Below are positions 24,001 to 27,729 of a stretch of 64,000 nt of DNA, in pieces (position 1 is the first letter of the stretch; every line of letters starts with the position of its first letter). Below the pieces are notes generated by a model that was not told the origin of the DNA, did not search any database, and was given only the letters and a program-made list of their open reading frames with translations. Both the position numbers and the translations under genes were made by a program. Where the stretch lies: NCBI GenBank assembly GCA_963823665.1, contig CAWGMQ010000008.1:320001-384000 (forward strand). Direction: 5' to 3'. The DNA is from an uncultured Planctomycetota bacterium (GTDB lineage Bacteria; Planctomycetota; Planctomycetia; Isosphaerales; Isosphaeraceae).

Positions 24001-26701
24001 CCTGATCGGGCCACCCGATGCCTTCGAGGCGGCCCTGCTCAACACGGACACCGGCCAATCGGTGGTCAGCGCGCCGACGGGCTTGACCGACACCGACTCG
24101 TTCTTCAACCTCCAGACCTCCGACCAGACCTTCTTCAGCCCCGAGACGCAGGTGGTCGGCGTTTCGACCTCCGGCGACACGGCAACCCCCGGCTCGCCGC
24201 TGGTCGTCACCGTGAGCCTGGCGGGAGTCGCCACCGGTACCGAGGTCACGCTCGACCTGGACCTGCTCGGCTTCGGCCCGGCCGGTAGCCAAGTCGAAAT
24301 CGCCAACGTGCAATTTCTCGGCCCCCAAGGCAACCACGCTCCGGTCGCCAATCCCGACAGCTACACGACGCAGGAAGGCTCGCCCCTGCAGACCACTGCC
24401 GCGATCGGCGTCCTGGCCAACGACACCGACATGGAGAACGACCCGCTCACGGCCGTGTTGGTGAGCGGCCCGGCCGACGGCACATTGACCCTGAACGCCG
24501 ATGGCTCCTTCCTCTATACGCCGGGCGCCGGTTTTACCGGGACAGACACCTTTTCTTACGAGGCCAGCGATGGCCAGTTGCTCAGCCAACCGGCCACAGT
24601 GAGCATCCTCGTCAACGGGAATCGCAACGGCAAATCGAATCAAACGATCACCTTCGGTTCGCTGGCCGACCAGACCTACGGCGTTGCCCCGATCACCCTG
24701 AGCGCCACGGCGAGCTCAGGCGATCCTGTTTCTTTCAGCGTCATCTCTGGCCCGGCGACTGTCGTGGGCAACCTCCTGACCGTGACGGGCGCGGGGAACG
24801 TCGACGTGGAAGCGTCCCAGGCAGGAGACAGCAATTACAATGCGGCCCCCGTGGTTGATGAATCCTTCACTGTGGCGACGGCGCCGTTGTCCGTTACGAC
24901 CCAGGGCGCCAGCCGGGCGTACGGCACGGCCAACCCGTCGTTCGCCGTCACGTACTCGGGCTTTGTGAACACGGACGGTCCGGCTGCGCTCGGCGGCACG
25001 CTGACCTTCACCACGGCTGCGAGCGCTTCGACGGGCATCGGCCAGTACGCGGTGACTCCCGGCGGTCTTACGTCCGCCAATTACGCGATTGTGTTCGATT
25101 CCGGCATGCTGACGATCATCCAGGCGATGCTGACCGTCACGGCCACCGGCGTGGACAAGGTCTACGACGGGACCACCGCGGCGGAGGTGACCCTGTCCGA
25201 CAACCGCATCACGGGCGACATCCTCACGGTCAGCTTCGGAAACGCCTCGTTCGCCGACAAGAATGTCGGTACCGCCAAGACCGTCACCGTCAGCGGAATC
25301 ACAATCTCGGGCACGGATGCGGACGATTACGCGCTGCAAGACACCACCTTCACCACAACCGCCAACATCACCCGAGCGCCGCTCACGGTCAGCGCTGCCG
25401 GCGTGAACCGGGTCTACGACGCCAACACCGATGCCACAGTCACCCTTTCGGACAACCACCTCGGCAGCGACTCAGTCAGCGACAGCTACGGTAGCGCCTC
25501 GTTCGCCGACGCGAACGTGGGTACCGGCAAGACCGTGACCGTGACCGGCATCACGATCTCCGGCACGGACGCGGGCAACTACACGCTGCAGAACACCACG
25601 GCCACCACCACGGCCAACATCACCCCGGCGCCGACGACAGTCGGCGTCTCCGCTCCGAGCCCGTCCACGTACGGACAGTCAGTGAGTTTCACGGCCACGG
25701 TCACTTCAAGCGTGTCGGGCACCGTGCCGGCGAATTCCGTCCAGTTCCTGATCGACGGCGTCGACTTTGGGCCAGCCGTCTCGCTTGTCAGCGGCGTGGC
25801 CACCAGCCTTTCGATCGCGACGCTTGGCGCGGCCAGCCACGTGATCACCGCAGACTACCTTGGGGACCTGGACGACTCGCCAAACTCCGGAACCGGCACG
25901 CAGGTCGTGAATCAGGCCCCCTTGTACGTCACGGCCTCGAACTTCGACATCGCCCACGGCGACGTCATCCCGACACTCACGGACACGATCACGGGATTCA
26001 TTTCCGGCGAATCGTCGGGAAACGTCACGATCACCGGCTCGCCCGCCCTCGCCACGACGGCCACGAGCACCAGCCCGGCGGGCCGCTACGCCATCACGGT
26101 GAATTCCACGGGCATGTCCGCTGCAAACTATACTTTCGTGCCCGTGAACGGCACGCTCACCGTCCACCCGAAGGTTCTCGACGTGATCGTGCTATACGGC
26201 TCGCGCTCCATGTCGATCGAGAACCTGACGAGGGACCTCCCCTTCAGCGACATCAGCGCGATCGAGATTCTCTTCAGCGACAACGTCACGGCGACGGGCA
26301 GCTCGGCGACCCTGAAGAGCTCGACCTCGTCCGGTACCTTGTACAACCTGGGCACCTTCGGATACACTTCATCGAGCGACGAAGCGAAATGGACCCTTCC
26401 CTCGGCGCTGGGGATCGACAGGTATCTGTTGAATCTGGACAACACACTTGCGGCGGCCGTGGACCATACCATTAACATCATGGGCACGACGTCGTGGAAC
26501 TTCTCCGTGTTGCCGGGCGATTTCGATGGCGACGGGATCGTCGGAACCGCCGACCTTACCGGCGTCCACAGCCAGATGCCGCAATACCTCGGGACCACTC
26601 AGACGGCTTCGGTGTGGGCAGATATTAACGGAGACGGCGTCGTCGATGTGAACGACTACAACCTGGTCAAGAAATACTTGAACACAAAGCTCCCCCCGTG
26701 A
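3..26701 (+). CDS. Giant secreted multidomain RHS/adhesin protein (5'-partial, about 8,900 aa in window; three apparent frameshifts near 5055, 7522, 21450)
   Basis: The frame is open from base 3. Four consecutive overlapping + ORFs join into sensible protein across single-base shifts, e.g. GAVG/APLATLPFPIYDMAL and VDAS../QFYLFDALGSV. Composition is acidic and T/P/G/N-rich throughout. Stop TGA at 26699-26701. Confidence 0.8.
51..5198 (+). CDS. Giant protein segment 1: CARDB repeats, IPT/TIG-like, DUF7619-like and Fn3-like domains
   Basis: Repeated PxDLxVxx..WTVxNxG..WxDxVYLS (CARDB) units; LPYTVQF..VRITQQLDPNLDPRSFRLGD block; YQFLALATDNAGNME. Confidence 0.8.
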   Translation: MSNDPHDPDLPQSYTETATVTIPEHDNGQYYLVPQVDIYQQLDETTLAANVNPDDPNDFRSDNFKAAPITILAEPPADLVVTAIQAPAVAAAGTPYTLSWTVANQGAGATEGSQWSDYVYLSNVPTWIEPDTTIPPGVTQIFLGAFPHNGALASDQSYSTEQTILLSPAYSGQYVIVVTNPPSNSTIWEGPYSNNNATTAPSVVTTAPADLQVTSVVTQPVAYSGENTTVTWTVTNFGAPVWSGTQFWYDDVWVSPDPTFIASRATLLGLFTHTATTPMGTGSSYTTSQVVTLPPGIGNKVNPLTYYIYVETDLPPNKTPDSDFLHLGNTGDYESTVFEGEGPNETNNMNSAPLPVYYREADLVVSNLVVPSTAPHSGDTIPVTWTVTNQGTRNTRVGTWYDGVYLSPNPSLDPNQAIFLGEFEHFGVLNIGSSYTETQSVTLPYGISGNYYLLVFVDDNRYQNYQGPGLVLEYQDEGNNITAEPMQVLPTALPDLQVTAVTVPEQVTENQTLAISWTVSNTSPAPTLPGQTTWNDLVYLSVDQYLDLNSDIYLGTVKHTGALGGDGDPVTDQYTVSDTLQLPRGITGPYYVIVITDPITDPMSLPRGQVYEENENNNSLPSTLPVIINQPPPADLVVTTIQVPPTGQSGQPVTAAWTVANQGQFPAIGTWTDAVYLATTPVWNITDPIIGEVQHSDTGLSTGQSYTSTLTAMLPPAIPGQYFLIVRTNIFDDVYEGTAGFANDITPSAGQMTVTVPALQLNVPLATKLTEGQNQLYQVTVPENQTLQISLSTADASAANEIYLRYNAVPTAFQYDAIDSGPLQANQTAVIPGTQAGVYYVLVNGTDNPVSLLAQLLPFEITNVTPDQGGDSAYVTTIISGAQFDPNAVVKLVMPGFAEFEPVSYQVVNSTEIIAVFDLTDAPHGQYDVSVINPDGAEADAPYSYLVEQALPPSITLGLGGTRVMYSGDTGYYGFSLQNTSNVDIPYVQFEFGVPSLGTNITVNAPYVSLSSNVAGSPDVAGVPWADLSSTVDTSGFNLASGYIMDLADGGYVGLNFTAQTYPGVPKPNYGPYFPPQTVGFTFNVDAAATPLTTAQYIDEQTQQAEFLRQSILADPTATPALVVLAQNATSWDNLYLNSLEQAGLLRPVDLPPAAQQDPNVTSMTATLAAGILAGSAGEQIITSGNLPAFFAQLTQWYGSDPNIIEPGAVPDSIPLTAPLPTASQFTLDGANPDQFEAFNVYVRQISVEGDDVAIYFPDLNGNTQAQPADLDQYLDSSGAVAGGATLVGPTAYGTQQFLPEGQDLPYTVQFQSPSDAGTPVEQVRITQQLDPNLDPRSFRLGDLQLGDLSIQIPSGLATFQGDFDYTESNGFILRVSAGMDLDTDTVTWLLQAIDPNTGEVLQSATEGLLLAGQTGFVGYTIEPLAGLATGTQISADATVLFDNAPPMDTGTLTQTIDGTAPTTTLTATPLTPGSSNYQVTWNAVDDAGGSGVASVTVYVAEDGGDYQIWLDQTQDTTDVFQGDPGHTYQFLALATDNAGNMEQPPSGVSTPSDGSQPNLGALPTVPQTPTNVPPAPPTPPVTTNTPNPLFTQAQQGIPSSQPAGNRSEFTTVLAPFQAEAFATGIAQSHANIGPMAIVVLPDGSVLISGGPDRNELFHLSQEGGAVGRRSPPCRSPFTTWPWMRKATCGRPPAVARCWKLTRPPEPSWASSAIA
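5090..7801 (+). CDS. Giant protein segment 2: beta-propeller, Ig-like domain and putative Ig (He_PIG/cadherin-like) repeats
   Basis: Repeated DPDGDxLxY..LPxGAxxDPxTGxFxWTP motifs. The ORF tail after about 7522 is out-of-frame read-through. Confidence 0.8.
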   Translation: MALDAQGNLWAATGGGPLLEVDPATGTVLGQFGDSLTQALAIDPASGLIYVSSGQGVEVFNPATSSFTHFSDLRVGSLAFNPADDSLWAALWPVDQGDIIRFDSSGQAEKMLEFSDAVNSIAFGQSSSVLAGLLFVTHDQDAANPTGIGSIITDSNPAYGPTELTMVDLATMQTLAVATGGTRGDEITTTPDGRVLLSQSLQVDVLGPIVAPRVLAVDPPPGAVVALPLGSISVSFDQDMLADNAADPSSVLNPNNYVLEGNSAGYVPIISVTYDASTRTAVLTFNALAADQYSLRVLTGMRSTEGINLAQEYDSTFLATADLSSVINLQFGLSRSDRETGTVSFLVTITNTSTHDLLLPVVLHLTPVNQYPGEPQGNEGRAPDGSWLIDLSGDLPASGILEPGQSSAGQTITIDSPNGTPVAYDPWASGVLAGNEAPVFVTSPVTTATVGQEYQYQAIGFDPDGDQLSYLLDGGPAGMTVDPATGLLTWTPTLSSPALAQVVLQVYDSSGTPATQAFIVQVPGVNPPPAFNGLPAEVDGKEGAPLTLVVHATDPSGDLLAYFASNLPPGAAFDPTQQTFSWTPAFGAAGTYPDAAFTVSDGVNQVTQDVTFVIAPNPQPPTLLQPSQTTGEEGSPLHIQLQATDLGDSAPLVYSSTDLPAGASLDPNTGLFTWTPDYTQHGIYQVAFTVSNGQASATQTAAIVVFNVNAPPVFQNLHDFQVLENQQLEFLAMAYDPNNPGFVAPTLDANGTVVPGDGTPATVSYTVSGLPAGATFNPTTLLFDWTPTYEQFGPFNVTFTATNNGDGTGVDFERVGDRHGYRTAGGPSAAAHADPRPVGPGRRHAGRACHRHRPGRGRQDHAHGDRIALVRHLHRPGQWQRQLPVRTGARRQGQLHDHGAGNR
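7503..21503 (+). CDS. Giant protein segment 3: putative Ig repeats, first DUF6531/YD module, internal dockerin, Ig-like and YVTN-like propeller domains, second DUF6531, long YD/RHS repeat shell
   Basis: DLTRVYDS..FGFGWS (about 9630); GDANQDGDVNGAD..ADGNRDGVIDAAD (about 10731-10900); GVDIFDGHL..DFTRTYSS..GPLGAGW (about 15381); dozens of YxYDxxxRL repeats from about 16000 to 21450. Confidence 0.85.
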   Translation: MTAPAWISSASATVTVTVLPVDRPPQLTPIPDQSVPGGATLAVPVIATDPDAGDKITLTVTGLPSFGTFTDLGNGNGSFQFAPGLADKGNYTITVQATDDGKDGLTAPQSTQESFVLAVPVASEPPHLDYVGDKVAVIGSPFQLTLQATDLDQQPLSFTAIGLPADATLLPSSIYGQASINWVPTAADAGVYGVTFVVTNTGNGNPALVASDQQTIHLVVRTSNQAPVLQDPGTQTVAEGQTLTVNLSATDPDGDPLTYSVANPPPGSTFDPAHGIFTWKTNLIQAGTYPDVVFGASDGNKTALQTVTIDVTETDQPPVLLPVGTQTGRENAPVQFSLAATSPDNDPITFSAATPLPSGAALNPQTGQFNWTPDYTQSGNYTVTFAATVPSGLSDTTTVSIQIANVDRPPTIQVADQSVLVGVPLSFTVLGSDPDVGDVLSYSATGLPAGASLNPNTGAFTWTPSAGQAGVYPVVFSVSDGQLSVSKTAVIDALLTSQAPTVTVELTPSFPAVPGQQVLVHVSATGVAAIANLTLTENGQPVTLDAQGRYFYTATTPGQITFNATATDVDGNVGQASTVVLVRDPNDTTAPMVSLDPGLSGIVLTAATNVVGTVADSNLDSWSLQIAPVGSSDFTTLATGSTPVANAALATIDPGSFLNGVYQLQLTATDIAGRTSTVQTTLEVDTATKPGQYLRSETDLTVQLGGATVDLTRVYDSLNRNTSSSFGFGWSLAVEDTNLQTSVPLTGNESEGIFNPFISGTRVYLTLPDGQRVGFTFTPQRHDQTGITWYTPAYTADPGVDWQLSSASAVLIRGGNGFYSAQTALPYNPASGQFGGPQYTLTGPDGTVYQLSASSGVVQENLPGGQILYFSGSGITSSTGDAVRFIRDAAGRITTIEAPNGAQEVYEYDAQGNLVEAHNTVSGQSSNYGYAAGDPHLLTLATASATGSGAAVFYGPTVQVVPLTANLGGTSQFLAGNFAGSLTAGATDSFAFLLTASEVASTSNGTVLVGIDIQAASGSAVQPAVPAIAGLTTLVQHTGSGSAFGLFAISRAGLELLQFAGGSASTAGGYTLQVFIAGDANQDGDVNGADGTLVAGLVGTSAGQSGYILAADGNRDGVIDAADVQLVAANFGFRATQPPVVQAGAVMTHAGLPVQFNLAPLATDPQGEPVFFTIVGAVNGTATLNPDGNTVTFIPASGFTGTAQFQFEADDGQEVSTPATITVTVSAAPLLSLDFQTREPRLGLGGGTQIVAVGNFADEQGVVLDPSYVSFQSTNPAVATVTPLGALAGLSDGTSILIVSAQGLQAETAVTVGPVTSLSPLDQTLYNEGINTYPLAVALSALGGTRQFDVHPVGDINLTTDLSTASSGTQYFVSPPGIVTITPDGLMSAVSPGQATVTIINGPAETVIPVLVQTPHTGTVTVGAGGGVVEGSDGSIVAVPPGDLATATPVSITPATEASLPQILPDGITFAGAFNLNIGDSGVSVPVQLAIPVAPGTPVGTTVYFYRAGQFLNADGTTQPIWWQVESGTVESNGMAYTHSPPEQGVANSGYYLLGYGTEELSDFEMELNQDQIEGAEAGQLDVSVAIDGANGSLTGAMASVDESDIDATLAVPAEPEPTPVVISILEQASLPSITTYDVQLEPGQVSTFSSSITVPPPLVVNAPKIDNVSLAGTTQAPEVQIDGSGFVSATSSLPLEVNFELANGQTIMATAGQPGNPDQLTLPVPDGVTLGISQITVLLPNTVYDPDPSALNGSMASVQYIGSNPAQFNPAGNYTFVALPEGNSGGGALAVLDNDSTDVNSPSSDFGNVLTEIPLGTSEQPTSPRDVAITPDDSRAYVTLEGSGQVAVVDTITLQEVNVHPGNSAAATASTQSIPGPVTLDPSLNLTQITGPTAIRGTITDVPGFDHWSLQLGQWTSTFTPVEGIPSLPNGLIPLAAGISSSSSQSSEVLANLDPTALGIPNGFYVLQLTAFDANNDAIGQPSQVLIGVDAKSTVIDLPLGAEPYGIAIDPQGNYAYVADARPYAVPDDYVAPEGNVAPPPGSPMSQVYVIDINPASPTYNQVVETIQIVVSGLLPDGSGLPNVVGGVNGLIAPDGLQEITVSPDGNQVDVAAPNFSPDPNGGPYDELDGNLIEINLTTVGNFKPPTYSVIAIPGGEGTFGVAVAPTPDASQSGEPPTYPVAFTNPESDATGVEVVDLAADTKTVIPLDLDPADDPNNPLYDTVQDNPDYSDATYLEAHNAGGIVFYTAPNGTLFAFVAGRADQVTSVVGGGFDGDNLSASVVSGYLDQDQNPLYEDGNVAIIENPLGNPTGDVNQRPVVVAATRPVPYGYPVDLALTPPDASGNQYLYVSYQGLPTASVTGSGTSFGLGAVFVFNATAMIEMVTTLSQTQSGSLILDQVPVDSITMLADGDYEEAVNTTIDVRAAYAQYDAQLTDSDGNPITEEVFGVPPDDTANAPIATGGFPGGIAIETGPAPEITVLQPTPVASGGSSTIELVANNIIQITTTVDSINKSVSTSGGTFDFSLDTPAVVTLSIQDSTTDEDVDVENIPDPTGGSEDFQDGISLTAGTYKTTLASLGGQETPGTYDFSLTATAANGKSTTVTGTIILTFQENASLPIGHTIIDGVDIFDGHLTVSSTDVTIPGRGLDLDFTRTYSSSGNSSAGPLGAGWTDSYNVQLVQNSSGTYTIIGGDGSGNTFSAASQSNPTLAQEFGLPAADWNAARFYAPQVGYHSTLVQPNPEQDPTKFYFYTTDHTLYDFELQPGLSESQSVYTLRYIQDSNGNRVSLYYSDDPTGALPADPNLQADLNGPPLTLAVIEDSSGRALVLTYSYIANSYRIVQLTGYDPSGSNLLGLAVDYGYDQWGNLTSVVRVDPTTPGDVLQKESYTYSPGLGVTGHNLLTYTAPDGYDAHGAPVSGGSNPTAAFGLDIGADASGDGDFTTTYTWYSLDALGKPIVGEGFVTSSDGISAYTGGYSLLPSGFAQVPGYSQFFGVPLYEMVESVTQPGGVTNVSTPDSFSTITFTYNTDAGTRVVTNPNPTMIPPTTYTVDSYGATTEIDAPTIANQGPNITKMTWADPASPDPAAFCAVDGALTANELQGIDVEMVSETDAEGQITSYVYDVNGNIVKTTISFAGMNGSTYLPVTEADGTTPVAGNDVVTSYTYDPIFNVMTSETDADGHTTYDIYDSTYEQMNSTQPTGARPPGFTGHDTGNLLETIDAVGDTTTYTYATVSAYNGTDGPGDLTSVTDPRGLVTTYLSYDAYGNATNIVDANGNYTTQTFDVRSRMTSQTTFGTQTISGPTTVSPVDAGGVAQSTTVYVYDGLDRVVRQVEIDDLDPADNAFSRPQDSGLPAMTLLGGEVAQATSTVLSQTTWAEETINQYLPGGQLAETINGLGLVTQYQYDNGNRVLVETQSGFMLAPKPVPVPVATQYVTTYAYDQNNNVTQETDPRKITTMYYYDNLNNLYRTDVYSVPGQNEMTETTLTSYDLVGNKLTSSDIHGNVTTYEYDRLYRLVATVLPVDGPTPGLAAKVTTAYDPVGNVVIQTDANGKATISVYDNANRLKIQTDPLGNEIEYTYDQDGNVTLEVHESPLDETPEGPNKGGTDQVTSVVFNTYDNLNRPLEMDQYVVLGDPTVLGSPPIPAGPAGHTSIGTDQAVYVTAYQYDDRDNTVLTTDPRGKETLDQDDGLDRLESEIVDDGIGGLKLKTTYTYDADGNQASVTDPTGSTTASLYDGLDRLIVTTYPKLSNGVQYTEMYYYDGDNYQIAYINQRGIIFTTGYDNLNRVVAQNVVEFSGVLQTLTATTYDDKGVPAGAYMTYSVTVTDANGNPTITTYDGLDRPLLVTEPAVLITDASGNSEFVNPTIISTYDGVNLLSQIDANGNKTVFGYDADNRVIETQEYDESEALQATTVDVYNDAKNQVVEEGPRTDAGALIDTITQNDSLGRVISQSVENLSLSSEYGTSVVTLVQNQYDGDGNLIATTDADNNETTYTYDGANRQISMTVAANTPSVAATTNYAYDAAGDLIAVQGPRIHAAPTQPFPQDPNNPVPTEFINYFDAYYTYDAMHRQVTETDGAGDTTYQTYDGDNNVVSTKTPDGNITTYTYDELDTLTSVNESAEGGGITYYVYDANRNKIAQQDANGNLVTYKYDALNRLTDTYQFLTPGFLHGTLEGSSLSASELYPSNPSPTLVIHWQYGYDADGNQTLVIDPKGQQTHMAYDFRDRLVSVAYTNAADPSLAYQPLSITYQYDLDDNLTQATETETGPSTADITEQYVYAYDALDRLTQTTRHDDLGASDDIVTYIGYTYDEQGNLKSETVPAANNPLPTGPPMPSTITTTYDYDAQNRLTAVHTGSGTTSYAYFPDGLVASIQYPNGVVADSSYANSYDAAGRLTLLVNHTGPAGTDPSTTSPAFISSFQYTYDADGNRLSQMEAHSWPTSTTNELVREETTYTYDQLDRLSSVQYVSLQNGVSAGLSYTYDENGNRLSETGFDPSNPSQPVNLTYAYNRLNELMSITNHVDASQSTAFTYDANGNRTMETIGQFDTGTDGNGNPVVMIVGNASSMTPYFYNLNDELVKTTDVANGGVVTFDYDYTGTRDKMIDSTGDTRYLYDGSGNLVLEYNGASDATVFRYNYGLALVSSVDASARRNSTCSMRWAAYPNSPT
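21473..26701 (+). CDS. Giant protein segment 4: RHS-associated core, low-GC cargo, HExxH matrixin-like domain, Big_9, MBG, two YDG, Big_3-like domains, C-terminal dockerin
   Basis: FTGQ..DTGLDYFGARYYDPSTGTFITQD..NRYLYAAANPLANTDPTG; LLHEIGHLLG..DLM; KVYDG/RVYDA repeats; GDFDGDGIVGTAD..ADINGDGVVDVND. Confidence 0.85.
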   Translation: MGSVSELTNLTGQLVAEGMQYDAWGNVIQSYAGGSSPVGFTGQLADTDTGLDYFGARYYDPSTGTFITQDSYLGQSDTPITLNRYLYAAANPLANTDPTGHADAPQNPANWVESDPTPSTSPNAAPSGQFNVTADNPPNWVELDASANPAPGATGNATESSNSPGTAVGQPVASAAEQLKDDFGIDVNDPFWKWNPKLQDALAQIQQTALEKNIQGMEWSAENLDKYGGFGTVPGPSLLAVSDSPSGGSGMEHMATVGAGYAYAATGDKDFSYAVGQASQFTFEVAQAAQGTEEARFANEAVGSASPLTSVAASPSREAASITPAEVPTESELHSLVDMLEGAQSGVHISMPAYRPNSPDSNFAVSNVNAVDAFKLVSQEYTTVGKPGGDVWLSPGVDFPSQTNVEEVQRLTGRAPSITPDFNAASYPENDDKSGVGIYRVLIPYELATLSTPTEGTAVDFLQGGNTAVRGQDFYLVNPTREYTSPSIDVVPEMRLQRLSPSPLGEFGAPHGWQNVNFNVPNPTTVRQTGSVIQTDVGNESGSEIDPENLDDALEQQVWADSLGTQLVLSTKIEFTTLPVGELGESIITEISPAGLPTAGTILLSANALGLGWFFDPTQQGNAEFSQQAGPYSFQATPGSPAAGKYDLETVLLHEIGHLLGIDPQIPGFVAHVGMVAGSAVFADGGVSATFVPQADDLDPNLYPNDLMSLDLAPGERRLPSALDVQIIDAVRSTSLAEIASGVISNDAQATSGAPGSSAFPGSSQPARLGAWDDDNIINGNFAITDPTVPQFGWTERGSVTVTGGQGVLSENPNVFSELAQSFTIPANVTALRFTVYSQFSDNLIGPPDAFEAALLNTDTGQSVVSAPTGLTDTDSFFNLQTSDQTFFSPETQVVGVSTSGDTATPGSPLVVTVSLAGVATGTEVTLDLDLLGFGPAGSQVEIANVQFLGPQGNHAPVANPDSYTTQEGSPLQTTAAIGVLANDTDMENDPLTAVLVSGPADGTLTLNADGSFLYTPGAGFTGTDTFSYEASDGQLLSQPATVSILVNGNRNGKSNQTITFGSLADQTYGVAPITLSATASSGDPVSFSVISGPATVVGNLLTVTGAGNVDVEASQAGDSNYNAAPVVDESFTVATAPLSVTTQGASRAYGTANPSFAVTYSGFVNTDGPAALGGTLTFTTAASASTGIGQYAVTPGGLTSANYAIVFDSGMLTIIQAMLTVTATGVDKVYDGTTAAEVTLSDNRITGDILTVSFGNASFADKNVGTAKTVTVSGITISGTDADDYALQDTTFTTTANITRAPLTVSAAGVNRVYDANTDATVTLSDNHLGSDSVSDSYGSASFADANVGTGKTVTVTGITISGTDAGNYTLQNTTATTTANITPAPTTVGVSAPSPSTYGQSVSFTATVTSSVSGTVPANSVQFLIDGVDFGPAVSLVSGVATSLSIATLGAASHVITADYLGDLDDSPNSGTGTQVVNQAPLYVTASNFDIAHGDVIPTLTDTITGFISGESSGNVTITGSPALATTATSTSPAGRYAITVNSTGMSAANYTFVPVNGTLTVHPKVLDVIVLYGSRSMSIENLTRDLPFSDISAIEILFSDNVTATGSSATLKSSTSSGTLYNLGTFGYTSSSDEAKWTLPSALGIDRYLLNLDNTLAAAVDHTINIMGTTSWNFSVLPGDFDGDGIVGTADLTGVHSQMPQYLGTTQTASVWADINGDGVVDVNDYNLVKKYLNTKLPP

Positions 26702-26756
26702 CTTTAGCGGGAGCCGGAACCGCCGCGAGCGTATCTCACAGAGGATCGCCTCGACC

Positions 26757-27464
26757 ATGAGCATGCATACAGAGCATCCCGCATTTTATGGGCAAATGCG
26801 TTCACTTGTCGTCGGAATCGTGATTGCGATTCTCGTTGCCGGGATGTCCGCCCCGCCCGCTTTCGCTGACCTGGTGATCGAAGCGCCGAACGTGATCGCC
26901 TCCGCTGGCGAGACCGCCTCCTTTGACGTCCTGCTCTTGAACAATGGCTCGACCAGCTATCAGATCGCGGGAGACGCGTTCACGCTGACGGTCTCGCCCT
27001 CCGGCGTGACCTTCACCGACGCCACGACGTTGACGACGACCGCTACCTACATCTACCAGGCCTCCTCCGACGTGGACCTGCCCACCACGCTGTACGACTC
27101 GCTCCCAGGCACATCGTTTACCGCAGCCGACACCGTGGACTTGCCGTACTTCTATCAGCAGGTCGATCCGGGCGCCACCTTCGGGCTGGCGCATGTCACC
27201 TTCTCGGTCGACCCGGGCGTTTTACCGGGCTCCGTGTTCCAGCTCACTCTGACTCCCTTCGCCGACTTTCCCGTGGCGCTCAACGATCAGTATGGAAATT
27301 ACCTTCCGTACGACGTCGAGAGCGGATCGATCACAATCGTGGCTGCGGCGGTTCCTGAGCCATCGAGCCTGCTCTTGGCCTGCGCCGGTGCGCTCTCCGT
27401 AACGGTCATCGGCTGGCATCGCACCCGTGCGGGCCGGCTCGAAGCGCAAGTTCGGCCATTTTAG
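26757..27464 (+). CDS. PEP-CTERM sorting-domain protein with a cohesin-like extracellular domain
   Basis: Signal peptide ending AFA-D (likely start ATG 26796); C-terminal VPEPSS + hydrophobic helix + basic residues. The body resembles cohesin strands (LVIEAPNVIASAGETASFDV ... GLAHVTFSVDPG ... LNDQYGNYLPYDVESGSITI). Confidence 0.8.
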   Translation: MSMHTEHPAFYGQMRSLVVGIVIAILVAGMSAPPAFADLVIEAPNVIASAGETASFDVLLLNNGSTSYQIAGDAFTLTVSPSGVTFTDATTLTTTATYIYQASSDVDLPTTLYDSLPGTSFTAADTVDLPYFYQQVDPGATFGLAHVTFSVDPGVLPGSVFQLTLTPFADFPVALNDQYGNYLPYDVESGSITIVAAAVPEPSSLLLACAGALSVTVIGWHRTRAGRLEAQVRPF

Positions 27465-27729
27465 ACAGACTGGTCGCAGCAAGAACGACTTTTTAGTACA
27501 ATTCACGATCGCGGTGAGCACCCGAGGTTCTCGACGACGAAGCAATGGGATGCTGTCGTTACTCGGTTTGCCGCAAGAGCGTTCTCGTCTTCCGCTCAAC
27601 TCGTAGCCCCGCGGAAAACGGTGCTGAAGCGAAAATCGTGACGATCAAAGGATCTCGATCGAGCCGCATTCCGATAATGGCGACCTGTAAGCTAACGCCT
27701 GCGAAGCCGGGCGGGCCGGAGCGAGCACG

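Noticed and set aside
25130..25630. Nucleotide duplication within the giant gene
   Set aside because: Ordinary tandem YDG domains, already explained by the protein architecture.
1596..26598. Long minus-strand ORFs (e.g. 1596-5027, 5399-7771, 7485-9065) opposite the giant gene
   Set aside because: Antisense shadows of high-GC codon bias; no recognisable motifs.
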